NCBI GenBank assembly: GCA_040754475.1
Contig: JBFMCN010000007.1
Location: 10,296 to 74,295 of the forward strand
DNA length: 64,000 nt
Direction of reading: 5' to 3'
Source of the DNA: Actinomycetota bacterium
GTDB lineage: Bacteria; Actinomycetota; UBA4738; HRBIN12
Shown: one piece after another, positions 8,053-16,584 of the stretch
How positions within the stretch are numbered: the stretch's first letter is position 1
How the letters are laid out: each line of letters opens with the position of its first letter
Made by a program: the position numbers and the translations under genes
Notes under the pieces: generated by a model
Told to the model about the DNA's origin: nothing
The model's database searches: none
Seen by the model: only the letters and a program-made list of their open reading frames with translations

Positions 8053-10533
8053 ATGTTCGAACGCTTCACCGACCGGGCTAGGCGGGTCGTGGTCCTCGCT
8101 CAGGAAGAGGCGAGGATGCTCAACCACAACTACATCGGGACCGAGCACATCCTGCTCGGTCTCATCCACGAGGGTGAGGGAGTCGCCGCCAAGGCCCTGG
8201 AGTCGCTGAACATCTCCCTCGAGGGCGTCCGCCAACAGGTGGAGGAGATCATCGGGCAGGGGCAGGCCGCGCCCACGGGGCACATCCCGTTCACCCCGCG
8301 GGCCAAGAAGGTTCTGGAGCTGTCGCTCCGGGAGGCGCTCCAGCTCGGCCACAACTACATCGGCACCGAGCACATCCTGCTCGGCCTCATCCGCGAGGGT
8401 GAAGGCGTCGCCGCACAGGTCCTCCAGAAGCTTGGCGCGGACCTGAATCGCGTCCGCCAAACGGTTATCCAGCTCCTGTCCGGATACACGGGGGGCAAGG
8501 AGCAGACCCCAGCCGAGCAGGGCGGCCAGGGGCAGGGATCGGCGGTGCTGGACCAGTTCGGGCGCAACCTCACCCAGCTGGCCCGTGAGCAGAAGCTGGA
8601 CCCGGTGATCGGCCGTGAGAAGGAGATCGAGCGGGTCATGCAGGTGCTGTCTCGGCGTACCAAGAACAACCCCGTCTTGATCGGCGACCCGGGCGTGGGC
8701 AAGACGGCCATCGTCGAGGGCCTGGCGCAGAACATCGTGAAGGGCGAGGTTCCCGAAACCCTCAAAGGCAAGCAGATCTACACGCTCGATCTGGGCGCTC
8801 TGGTGGCGGGGTCGCGTTACCGCGGCGACTTCGAGGAGCGTCTGAAGAAGGTCCTGAAGGAGATCCGTACGCGCGGCGACATCGTGCTGTTCATCGACGA
8901 GCTGCACACGCTCGTTGGTGCCGGCGCTGCCGAGGGCGCGATAGACGCGGCCAGCATCCTGAAGCCGATGCTCGCGCGCGGCGAGCTCCAGACGATCGGC
9001 GCGACGACGCGCGACGAGTACCGAAAGCATCTCGAGAAGGACGCGGCCCTCGAGCGCCGGTTCCAGCCGATCAACGTAGAGGAGCCCACGGTCGCCCACA
9101 CCATCGAGATCCTCAAGGGGCTCAGGGATCGGTACGAGGCGCACCACCGCGTCTCCTTCACGGACGATGCGCTCGTGGCGGCCGCGAACCTGTCCGATCG
9201 GTACATCTCCGACCGCTTCCTTCCCGACAAGGCGATCGACTTGATCGACGAGGCCGGATCGCGTATGCGGATCCGAAGGATGACGGCGCCGCCGGACGTT
9301 CGGGAGGTCGACGAGAAGATCGCCGAAGTCCTGCTGAGGAAGGAGTCGGCGATCGACTCGCAGGACTTCGAACGTGCGGCGTCGCTCCGGGACGAGGAAC
9401 GTCAGCTACGCGAGGAGCGCGGCCGCCGGGAGCGGGAGTGGAAGGCCGGCGAGATGGACATCCTCTCGGAAGTCGACGAGGAGGAGATCGCGGAGGTTCT
9501 TTCCACCTGGACCGGCATCCCCGTGTTCAAGCTCACCGAGGAGGAGACGGAGAAGCTGCTCCGTATGGAAGACGAGCTCCACAAGCGCATCATCAGCCAG
9601 AACGAGTCGATCGTCGCCGTCTCGAAGGCGATCCGCCGCACGCGGGCGGGCCTGAAGGACCCAAAGCGGCCCTCGGGCTCGTTCGTCTTCCTCGGACCTT
9701 CGGGCGTCGGCAAGACCGAGCTGTCCAAGGCGCTGGCCGAGTTCCTCTTCGGCGACGAGGACGCCCTGATCCAGCTGGACATGTCGGAGTACATGGAGAA
9801 GCACACGGTCAGTAGGCTGATCGGCTCGCCACCCGGCTACGTCGGCTACGAGGAAGGCGGCCAGCTCACGGAGGCCGTGCGGCGCAAGCCCTTCAGCGTG
9901 GTCCTGTTCGACGAGATCGAGAAGGCCCATCCGGACGTGTTCAACACGCTGCTGCAGATCCTCGAGGACGGGCACCTGACCGACGCCCAGGGCCACAGGG
10001 TCGACTTCAAGAACACGATCATCATCATGACCTCCAACCTGGGAACCCGAGACATCCAGAAGGGGACGGCCATCGGGTTTGCGGCCAGACCGGACGAGAA
10101 GGTGTCCTACGACAAGATGAAGGAGAGGGTCATGGAGGAGCTGAAGCGCTCCTTCAGGCCCGAATTCCTGAACCGGATCGATGAGGTCATCGTGTTTCAC
10201 TCGCTCACGCAAGAGGACGTGAAGCAGATCGTCGACCTCATGACGAGACGCGTTCGCGACCAACTCAGGGCCAAGGACCTCGACATCGAGCTGACCGACG
10301 CCGCCAAGACACTGCTCGCCGAGAAGGGCTACGACCCGGCCCTCGGCGCGAGGCCGCTGCGCCGCACGATCCAGCGGATGGTCGAGGACCCGCTGTCCGA
10401 GAAGCTCCTGTGGAAGGAGTTCCGAGCCGGCCAGACCGTCATCGTCGACGCACAGGACGGAGAGATCGTCTTCGAGGTGCCTTCCCCGCCCGACACGCCG
10501 CCTGTGGAGCTCGCAGGTTCCTCCGAGAGCTAG
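8053..10533 (+). CDS. clpC: ATP-dependent Clp protease ATP-binding subunit ClpC
   Basis: Two N-terminal Clp_N repeats, Walker A sites GDPGVGKT and GPSGVGKT, a UVR-like middle region and a ClpB-D2 small domain. 826 aa. Confidence 0.95.
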   Translation: MFERFTDRARRVVVLAQEEARMLNHNYIGTEHILLGLIHEGEGVAAKALESLNISLEGVRQQVEEIIGQGQAAPTGHIPFTPRAKKVLELSLREALQLGHNYIGTEHILLGLIREGEGVAAQVLQKLGADLNRVRQTVIQLLSGYTGGKEQTPAEQGGQGQGSAVLDQFGRNLTQLAREQKLDPVIGREKEIERVMQVLSRRTKNNPVLIGDPGVGKTAIVEGLAQNIVKGEVPETLKGKQIYTLDLGALVAGSRYRGDFEERLKKVLKEIRTRGDIVLFIDELHTLVGAGAAEGAIDAASILKPMLARGELQTIGATTRDEYRKHLEKDAALERRFQPINVEEPTVAHTIEILKGLRDRYEAHHRVSFTDDALVAAANLSDRYISDRFLPDKAIDLIDEAGSRMRIRRMTAPPDVREVDEKIAEVLLRKESAIDSQDFERAASLRDEERQLREERGRREREWKAGEMDILSEVDEEEIAEVLSTWTGIPVFKLTEEETEKLLRMEDELHKRIISQNESIVAVSKAIRRTRAGLKDPKRPSGSFVFLGPSGVGKTELSKALAEFLFGDEDALIQLDMSEYMEKHTVSRLIGSPPGYVGYEEGGQLTEAVRRKPFSVVLFDEIEKAHPDVFNTLLQILEDGHLTDAQGHRVDFKNTIIIMTSNLGTRDIQKGTAIGFAARPDEKVSYDKMKERVMEELKRSFRPEFLNRIDEVIVFHSLTQEDVKQIVDLMTRRVRDQLRAKDLDIELTDAAKTLLAEKGYDPALGARPLRRTIQRMVEDPLSEKLLWKEFRAGQTVIVDAQDGEIVFEVPSPPDTPPVELAGSSES

Positions 10534-10540
10534 GGCGAAT

Positions 10541-10555
10541 CGGGTCCGCGACCCG
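10541..10555. terminator. short GC hairpin after clpC
   Basis: CGGGTC-cgc-GACCCG lies 8 nt after the clpC stop with no T tract. Weak. Confidence 0.25.
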
Positions 10556-10602
10556 TCACAAGGGTTTCGAGCCGGTCGAATCCTGATTGCTGAAGTCGAA
10601 GC

Positions 10603-10890
10603 TCAGGCGGGGAGCATCCGGAGCTCGGCGCCCGTGAGACGGGTCGTCCCGGGCGCCAACCGGAGCCCGGCCATCCCGATGGGGCCCGCGATCCAAGTCC
10701 CCTGCTCGAGCACCTCGACCTTCAAGGCGCCTTCGTCAGACTCTGTGATCCGGAGGGTCCGGCCCTTTGCGGTGCGGTAAACGCCGTGCGTCATGCGCCA
10801 CCAGTCTACGCTCTGCGGCGCGCGCCCTCCAGGCTCGACCGCTCGCCGCCCCTCGTTCCGGTCGGTGGTGGTGCCCAACGGCGCCCGCAC
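10603..10890 (-). CDS. hypothetical small protein (true start may be the Met at 10794, giving 63 aa)
   Basis: Minus-strand ORF in the clpC-carD gap reading ...MTHGVYRTAKGRTLRITESDEGALKVEVLEQGTWIAGPIGMAG.... No recognisable family. Confidence 0.25.
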   Translation of the reverse strand: MRAPLGTTTDRNEGRRAVEPGGRAPQSVDWWRMTHGVYRTAKGRTLRITESDEGALKVEVLEQGTWIAGPIGMAGLRLAPGTTRLTGAELRMLPA

Positions 10891-11110
10891 CCAGCCAGAA
10901 CTGGGTCCGCGATGCCGTCGGATGGGCCCTCAGAGGCTCTCGCGGAGTGTGCTGGGGCCGGTCGGCCTAGGGCCGTCGAACAGGCAAGACGGGCCGCAAG
11001 TCGGCCAAAAGGGGCCTCTGACCAGCACTTTTGACTTGCGGGTGGTAAGTCGAGCGTGCTATCTTTGCGGGTGGCTTCGGCCAATTCGCTTCCGATCGCA
11101 GGGGGCTTGT

Positions 11111-11620
11111 GTGTTCCGCAAAGGCGACACGGTCGTACACCCGGAGCATGGCGCAGCAGTCATCGAAGAACTAAGGGAACGCGAGATCCTCGGCGAGAAG
11201 CGGCAGTACTTCGTCCTTCGCGTCGCGTACGGCGATCTTACGCTCATGGTCCCCGTCGACAGCACGGAGGAGGTCGGGCTCCGCGAGGTCGTCGGCAAGA
11301 ACGAGGTCAAGAAGGTACTGGACGTCCTTCGGCAGGACGAATCGAAGATGGCGGCCAATTGGAGCCGTCGCTTCAAGAACAACATCGAGAAGCTCCGGTC
11401 CGGCGACATCTACCAGGTCGCGGAAGTAGTCCGGAACCTCTCCATCCGCGAACGCGAGCGGGGCCTGTCGGCAGGCGAGAAGCGCATGATCACCAAGGCC
11501 CGGCAGATCCTTGTCTCCGAACTCACGTACGCGACCGGTGGCACCGAGGAGAAGGCCGAGGCCATGATCGACAAGGTGCTCGAGGAGTCTCACCGGTCGC
11601 GAGTGCTCCAAGGCGCTTAG
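11111..11620 (+). CDS. carD: CarD-family RNA-polymerase-binding transcription regulator
   Basis: VFRKGDTVVHPEHGAAVIEELREREILGEKRQYFVLRV... is the CarD_CdnL N-terminal Tudor-like domain followed by a helical C-terminal domain. GTG at 11111 chosen inside track ORF 10793..11620. Confidence 0.85.
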   Translation: MFRKGDTVVHPEHGAAVIEELREREILGEKRQYFVLRVAYGDLTLMVPVDSTEEVGLREVVGKNEVKKVLDVLRQDESKMAANWSRRFKNNIEKLRSGDIYQVAEVVRNLSIRERERGLSAGEKRMITKARQILVSELTYATGGTEEKAEAMIDKVLEESHRSRVLQGA

Positions 11621-11668
11621 GAGAAGCCAGGCCATATCACGGCGGGAGCGCCCGAGCCGACGGCGCCG

Positions 11669-12784
11669 ATGCTTGCGCGGGCGCGCGTCAAGAGTCACGG
11701 TAGGCGGGTGAGCGGTTCAAGCGAAGAGCATCAGCCGATTCCCCGCGGGCGACTCGTCGAGTTCGTGCGCCTGATCTTCGTCGTGCTGTTCGCTGCCGGC
11801 GGCTACACGATCGCGACCAGGACCTCCCACCCCAGCACGACGACCAGCACGCTGCTCGGCGTTGTCCTGGGCTCGGGGACCGGATTCGTGCTCGGGGGGA
11901 TCCTGGGGCGACAGACCGCGGTAGCCGTCAATGAGATGGAGCGTGAGTTCCGGCGTGTCTCGGCAGCCGAGCTGGTGGCCGGTGTCGCCGGCCTTCTGAT
12001 CGGACTCGCGCTCGCGGCGCTCATCAGCGTCCCCGTGTTCCGGTTGCCGCCACTCACAGCCTGGACGACGGTGGGCTTCGTGTACGTCACCCTCTCGTAT
12101 CTCGGGTACCGAGTCGGGCGTACCAAGCACGTGGAGCTGTTCGGGTTGATCGGATTGAAGCCCCGTGCTGCGGGCGCGGGAGGCGGAGAGATCGTAGTCG
12201 TCGACACGAGCGCGTTGATCGACGGCCGCGTGGTCTCGCTCGTTGAGACGGGGTTCATCACGGGCGATCTGCTCATCCACTCCGGCGTGCTCAAGGAGCT
12301 CCAGGCGATTGCCGACTCGTCGGATCCCAAGCGGCGAGCCAGGGGTCGCCGGGGACTCGAGGCCGTCACGGAGCTTCAACACGCACCTACGGTGCAGGTG
12401 CACTTGGTGGAAGAGGAGGGCGTGAGGGATGTAGACGCGGCTCTTGTTCGTCTGGCACGGGACCGCGGAGCCGCCCTCATCACGGCCGACTACAACCTGG
12501 CGAAGGTAGCGGAGGCGCTCTCGGTGCCCGTCCCGCACCTGAACGAGCTTGCGGCCGCGTTCCGTCTACCGGTCGGTCCCGGCGACGAGCTCACGGTCGA
12601 GCTGGTCAAGGAGGGGCGGGAGCACGGCCAGGCGATCGGCTACCTGGAGGACGGGACGATGGTCGTTGTCGAGGAAGCCCGCGAGCAGATCGGCTCCCAG
12701 GTGCCGGTCGTCGCGAGGAACGTGATCCAGACGGCCACCGGCCGTATGGTCTTCGCCTCGCTGTCGGGGTCGGAGTCTCCGTGA
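11669..12784 (+). CDS. PIN/TRAM-domain membrane protein (YacL-like)
   Basis: N-terminal TM helices, a PIN core (VVDTSALIDGRV...) and a C-terminal TRAM-like domain. It lies upstream of ispD, as in Bacillus yacL-ispD-ispF. Confidence 0.8.
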   Translation: MLARARVKSHGRRVSGSSEEHQPIPRGRLVEFVRLIFVVLFAAGGYTIATRTSHPSTTTSTLLGVVLGSGTGFVLGGILGRQTAVAVNEMEREFRRVSAAELVAGVAGLLIGLALAALISVPVFRLPPLTAWTTVGFVYVTLSYLGYRVGRTKHVELFGLIGLKPRAAGAGGGEIVVVDTSALIDGRVVSLVETGFITGDLLIHSGVLKELQAIADSSDPKRRARGRRGLEAVTELQHAPTVQVHLVEEEGVRDVDAALVRLARDRGAALITADYNLAKVAEALSVPVPHLNELAAAFRLPVGPGDELTVELVKEGREHGQAIGYLEDGTMVVVEEAREQIGSQVPVVARNVIQTATGRMVFASLSGSESP

Positions 12785-13467
12785 CGAACGGTGTCGTCGC
12801 CATCGTCCTTGCGGCGGGATCCGGCGAGCGGTTGGGAGGGGCGACGCCCAAGGCCTTCGTGACCCTCGCCGGCCGACCGATCCTCGCCCGCGCCGCGCAG
12901 GCGGTGCTCTCCTGCGAAAAGGTGTCCACCGTGGTGGCGGCGGTTCCCCCGGGGCTGGAGGGCCTTGCGAGCTCGATGCTCGAGGACATCGGCCCCCACG
13001 TCATTGTGACGGGGGGCCCGAGCCGTCAGGCGTCGGTGCGGGCCGCGCTCGCGGCTGTGCCCGGGGACGTCACAGCCATCGTGTGCCACGACGCGGCGCG
13101 GCCGTTCGCCCGTCCCGAGCTGTTTTCCACGGTGCTCGCTGCGCTGCCCGGTGCGGATGGGGTGATCCCCGTCGTACCGGTCCCGGACACCGTCAAGCGG
13201 ATCAGGGACGGCTTCGTGGTCTCGACGGAAGCGCGCGATGGTCTTGCGCTCGCCCAGACGCCCCAAGCGTTCGTGGCAGACCTGCTGCGCGACGCGCATC
13301 AGAGGGCGGCCGAGGCGGGCCTCGATCTGACCGACGACGCGGCCATCATGGAATGGGCCGGGTACCGCATCCGCGCGGTGCCCGGCGAGTCGACGAACCT
13401 GAAGATCACCACGCAGGACGATCTCGCCTGGGCCGAGCTGCACGCAGGGGCGCTGACGAGTGGCTGA
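12781..13467 (+). CDS. ispD: 2-C-methyl-D-erythritol 4-phosphate cytidylyltransferase
   Basis: VAIVLAAGSGERLGGATPKAF...; IspD family. Overlaps the upstream stop. Confidence 0.9.
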   Translation: MTNGVVAIVLAAGSGERLGGATPKAFVTLAGRPILARAAQAVLSCEKVSTVVAAVPPGLEGLASSMLEDIGPHVIVTGGPSRQASVRAALAAVPGDVTAIVCHDAARPFARPELFSTVLAALPGADGVIPVVPVPDTVKRIRDGFVVSTEARDGLALAQTPQAFVADLLRDAHQRAAEAGLDLTDDAAIMEWAGYRIRAVPGESTNLKITTQDDLAWAELHAGALTSG

Positions 13468-13933
13468 GCAGCGGTTCGGCCTGGGCTTCGACGTCCACGA
13501 CTTCGGCACCGGCGGGACGCTGCGCCTTGGCGGCGTGGTCTTCGACGGGATCCCGAGGCTGGCCGGGCACTCGGACGGTGACGTGGTCTGCCACGCCGTC
13601 GCCGATGCTCTCCTGGGCGCGGCGGGGCTGGGGGACATCGGCGAGCACTTCCCCGACGCCGATGCCGCGGTAGCGGGGATCCTGGGAATGGAGCTCCTCG
13701 GGCAGACCGTTGCCCTGATCCGGGCCCAGGGTCTGATGGCGTGGTCGGCAGACGCGACCGTGATCGCCGAGCAGCCGGCCATCGCGCCGCACCGTGACGC
13801 GATGCGGAACAGCCTCGCCGCGACCCTCGGAGTCCCAGTTGAGCGGGTGTCGGTCAAGGCGACGCGGCCCGAGGGGCTCGGGCTCTCCGGCGGCATCGGG
13901 TGCATCGCGCTGGCCGTCCTGTCGGTCGCGTGA
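13460..13933 (+). CDS. ispF: 2-C-methyl-D-erythritol 2,4-cyclodiphosphate synthase
   Basis: RFGLGFDVHDF...GHSDGDVVCHAVADALLGAAGLGDIGEHFPD; IspF signature. Confidence 0.9.
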   Translation: MAEQRFGLGFDVHDFGTGGTLRLGGVVFDGIPRLAGHSDGDVVCHAVADALLGAAGLGDIGEHFPDADAAVAGILGMELLGQTVALIRAQGLMAWSADATVIAEQPAIAPHRDAMRNSLAATLGVPVERVSVKATRPEGLGLSGGIGCIALAVLSVA

Positions 13934-14667
13934 GCCGTTCGAGCGAGGGGATCGTCGCAGGCCGTCGTGCCGCCGTCGAAGCGGTTCGGGCGGGGAGCGC
14001 TCGTGAGGTCCTGGTCGCTGAGGGAGCCCGGCCCACGGAGTCGCTCCGGGGGCTGCTGAGGGCCTGTCGAGAGGCTGGTGTGCCGGTCGCCGAGGTGCCC
14101 CGGCAGTGCCTGGATGCATTCGCCGCAGATCACCGGGGAGTGGTCGTGCGTCTCCGCGATGCGCCGGAGATGGGTGAACGGCAAGTCGCATCGTGGCCGT
14201 TCGGCGACGAAGACGTGGTCGTCGTGCTGGACGGAGTCGTGGATCCGCAGAATCTGGGCGCGGCCGCCCGCTCGGCCGAGGCCGCCGGTGCGGTGATGCT
14301 CGTCTCCCGGCTGCGGCGCGCGGCGGCCCCGTCGCCGGCCGCGATCCGAGCCTCGGCCGGAGCGCTGTTGTACCTGCCGCACGCCCGCGTGGCGAACATC
14401 GCGAGGGTGCTGGCACGGCTGAAGGACGCGGGGTTCTGGGTGGTGGGGCTGGACGAGGATGCGTCGGCGACCGTCTACGCCGGCAGATGTCCGCAAGGAA
14501 GGGTGGCCGTTGTCCTCGGTTCGGAGGGCGAGGGGCTGTCACGCCTGGTTCGAGAGGCCTGCGACACGCTCGTCTCGCTCCCAATGCATGGCCGCGTTGG
14601 ATCGCTCAATGCCTCGGCGGCACTTGCGGCGGTTCTCTACGCCTACGTGCTTCCATCGCGCCGTTAG
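13930..14667 (+). CDS. TrmH/SpoU-family RNA 2'-O-methyltransferase (RlmB-like)
   Basis: SpoU methylase motifs VVLDGVVDPQNLGAAARSAEAAG...VVLGSEGEGLS...LPMHGRVGSLNASAALAAVLY. GTG at 13930 overlaps the ispF stop (GTGA). Confidence 0.8.
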   Translation: MSRSSEGIVAGRRAAVEAVRAGSAREVLVAEGARPTESLRGLLRACREAGVPVAEVPRQCLDAFAADHRGVVVRLRDAPEMGERQVASWPFGDEDVVVVLDGVVDPQNLGAAARSAEAAGAVMLVSRLRRAAAPSPAAIRASAGALLYLPHARVANIARVLARLKDAGFWVVGLDEDASATVYAGRCPQGRVAVVLGSEGEGLSRLVREACDTLVSLPMHGRVGSLNASAALAAVLYAYVLPSRR

Positions 14668-14680
14668 ACTCGGCTCGTAG

Positions 14681-14753
14681 GCCGGCGTAGCTCAGTTGGC
14701 AGAGCGAGCGACTTGTAATCGCTAGGTCGTCGGTTCGACTCCGACCGCCGGCT
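14681..14753 (+). tRNA. tRNA-Thr (anticodon TGT)
   Basis: Cloverleaf folded by hand. Acceptor GCCGGCG/CGCCGGC, D-stem GCTC/GAGC, anticodon stem AGCGA/TCGCT with loop CTTGTAA, T-stem GTCGG/CCGAC with loop TTCGACT. CCA is not encoded. Confidence 0.85.
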
Positions 14754-14790
14754 CGAGCGTCTCGTCTTTGCCCGGCGCGGGGAGGTCGAT

Positions 14791-15732
14791 GTGCGGAGCG
14801 TTCGGAGCAAGGCCGCCGTTGTCGCGTGCGCGCTGCTGGGTGCCGTCCTCGCGTCTCCAGGCGATTCGGCTGCTGCTCCGGTTCCCGAGACCGAATGCCG
14901 CCTGTTCCCCAAGGACAGCATCTGGAACGTTCGGATCGACGGCCTCCCGATCCACCCGAAGAGCGATGTGTGGCTGCGGACGATGGAGGCGTCGACGACC
15001 AGCCTGCATCCGGACTTCGGACCTCCCGACTACGGGCTTCCCTTCGACGTGGTGTCGGATGGGCACAAGACCGTGCGGATCCGCTTCTACTACCCGGACG
15101 AGAGCGACCAGGTGCCGTATCCGTTCGGGCCGAGAACGCCGATCGAGAGCGGCTCCGACCGCCATGCACTAATCGTGAACAAGGACACCTGCACGCTCTA
15201 CGAGCTCTACGACGCGGACTGGAACCACGGACGCCCGACCGCCGGCAGCGGCGCCGTGTGGGACCTGTCCTCCAACGCGCTTCGGCCGGACGGCTGGACC
15301 TCGGCGGACGCTGCGGGCCTGCCGATCCTGCCCGGCCTGGTCCGCTACGACGAAGTGGCCGCCGGTTCGATCCGGCACGCGATCCGCTTCACGACGAGGC
15401 TGACGCGGGACTCCCACCTGTGGCCTGCGCGGCACGATGCCGGATGGGCGAACCCGGAGTACCCGCCGATGGGTGCGCGCTTTCGCCTGAAGGCCGGCTT
15501 CGACCTCTCGGGCTTCGGTCCGAAGGCACGGGTCGTCTTGCGCGCGATGAAGCGCTACGGGTTGATCGTCGCCGACAACGGGGCGAACTGGTTCTTCCAG
15601 GGCGCCCAGGATTCCCGGTGGAGGAATCGCCTGCTCGATCAGCTGAAGTCGGTGCCGGCTTCGGCCTTCGAGGCGGTCGACGTGTCGTCCTGCATGGTGG
15701 ATGCGGACAGCGGCGAGGCGCGATGCCCATGA
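14791..15732 (+). CDS. secreted hypothetical protein (signal peptide, Trp/Tyr-rich, no recognised family)
   Basis: N-terminal signal peptide MRSVRSKAAVVACALLGAVLASPGDSAAAP followed by a complex-composition ORF with coding-like codon bias. Confidence 0.55.
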   Translation: MRSVRSKAAVVACALLGAVLASPGDSAAAPVPETECRLFPKDSIWNVRIDGLPIHPKSDVWLRTMEASTTSLHPDFGPPDYGLPFDVVSDGHKTVRIRFYYPDESDQVPYPFGPRTPIESGSDRHALIVNKDTCTLYELYDADWNHGRPTAGSGAVWDLSSNALRPDGWTSADAAGLPILPGLVRYDEVAAGSIRHAIRFTTRLTRDSHLWPARHDAGWANPEYPPMGARFRLKAGFDLSGFGPKARVVLRAMKRYGLIVADNGANWFFQGAQDSRWRNRLLDQLKSVPASAFEAVDVSSCMVDADSGEARCP

Positions 15733-15849
15733 TTGCCCGATCGCAGCCATCGCCGGTTCGGCCGGGAGTCCGCTGCGCAGTCGTCGGGGCCCGTTCCGTG
15801 ATTCTCGGAGGGCGGTAGTGTTGGGGGGCGACCCACGAAGGGAGGCGTC

Positions 15850-16584
15850 ATGGGGATCCTCGACAAGGTAAAGCAGGCGGCCGGTGAGGCGGCACAAGCG
15901 GCCAAGAAGGGCGCTGCGCAGGTTCAGTCGAAGGTGGAACAGACCCAGACCCGCAAGAAGGCGGACGAGGCTGCCAAGCACCTCGGCTACCTGGTCTACA
16001 AGGAGCGGGCCGAGGGGGTGCCAGCTGGCGAGGAGGCCGACCGGCTGGTTGCCGAGATCAAGGAGTTCGAGGAGCAGCTGGCGGCGATGGCGGCGCAGCC
16101 CGAGGAGGCCGAGGAGCCGGACACGGGGCCGGAGGAGAGCATGTTGGGTTGTGTTGGGGCGGGCCCGCATGCGGCCGGCCCGCCCCGACCCCGCAGCGTT
16201 GCCCGGGTGATCGGCGTCAAGGCGGGAGGTCTCGGGTCGGCTGGGCGCCCGGGAGGAACACGCGGAACGAAGCGCCGCCTCCGGGCCGGTCCTCGACCCA
16301 CGCCCTCCCGCCGTGGAGCTCGGCGAATCGTGCGACGAGCGAAAGCCCGACGCCCACGCCCGGTGAGTGGTCCGAGACGCCGTGTGCCTGGCGGAACGGC
16401 TCGAAGACGGCCTCCCGCAGGTCCTCCGGTACCCCTGGACCCTCGTCGTCGACGAAGATCAGCGCACCGCCTCGCCAACCGCGCACGCCTGCCCAGAGCC
16501 GGGAGCCGCCGGGGGTGTAGCGGACGGCGTTCGCGAGCAGGTTCTCGACGATCCGTTCGACCTTCGCTGCATCCACCGGGATGA
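15850..16584 (+). CDS. hypothetical Lys/Glu-rich coiled-coil protein; 3' end uncertain
   Basis: The first ~95 residues are clearly coding (MGILDKVKQAAGEAAQAAKKG...AEIKEFEEQLAAMAAQPEE). The rest is Arg-rich and antisense to the histidine kinase. There is no in-frame stop until 16584. Confidence 0.4.
   Translation: MGILDKVKQAAGEAAQAAKKGAAQVQSKVEQTQTRKKADEAAKHLGYLVYKERAEGVPAGEEADRLVAEIKEFEEQLAAMAAQPEEAEEPDTGPEESMLGCVGAGPHAAGPPRPRSVARVIGVKAGGLGSAGRPGGTRGTKRRLRAGPRPTPSRRGARRIVRRAKARRPRPVSGPRRRVPGGTARRRPPAGPPVPLDPRRRRRSAHRLANRARLPRAGSRRGCSGRRSRAGSRRSVRPSLHPPG

Noticed and set aside
7645-9147. 500-aa ORF on the minus strand
   Set aside because: Antisense to the unmistakable clpC gene. Arg/Leu/Asp-rich composition typical of GC-driven shadow ORFs.
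11039-11070. TTGACT hexamer upstream of carD as a promoter
   Set aside because: No acceptably spaced -10 hexamer could be paired with it, so it was left unannotated.
12640-14496. 618-aa minus-strand ORF
   Set aside because: Antisense to ispD, ispF and the SpoU methylase, each with clear family motifs on the plus strand.
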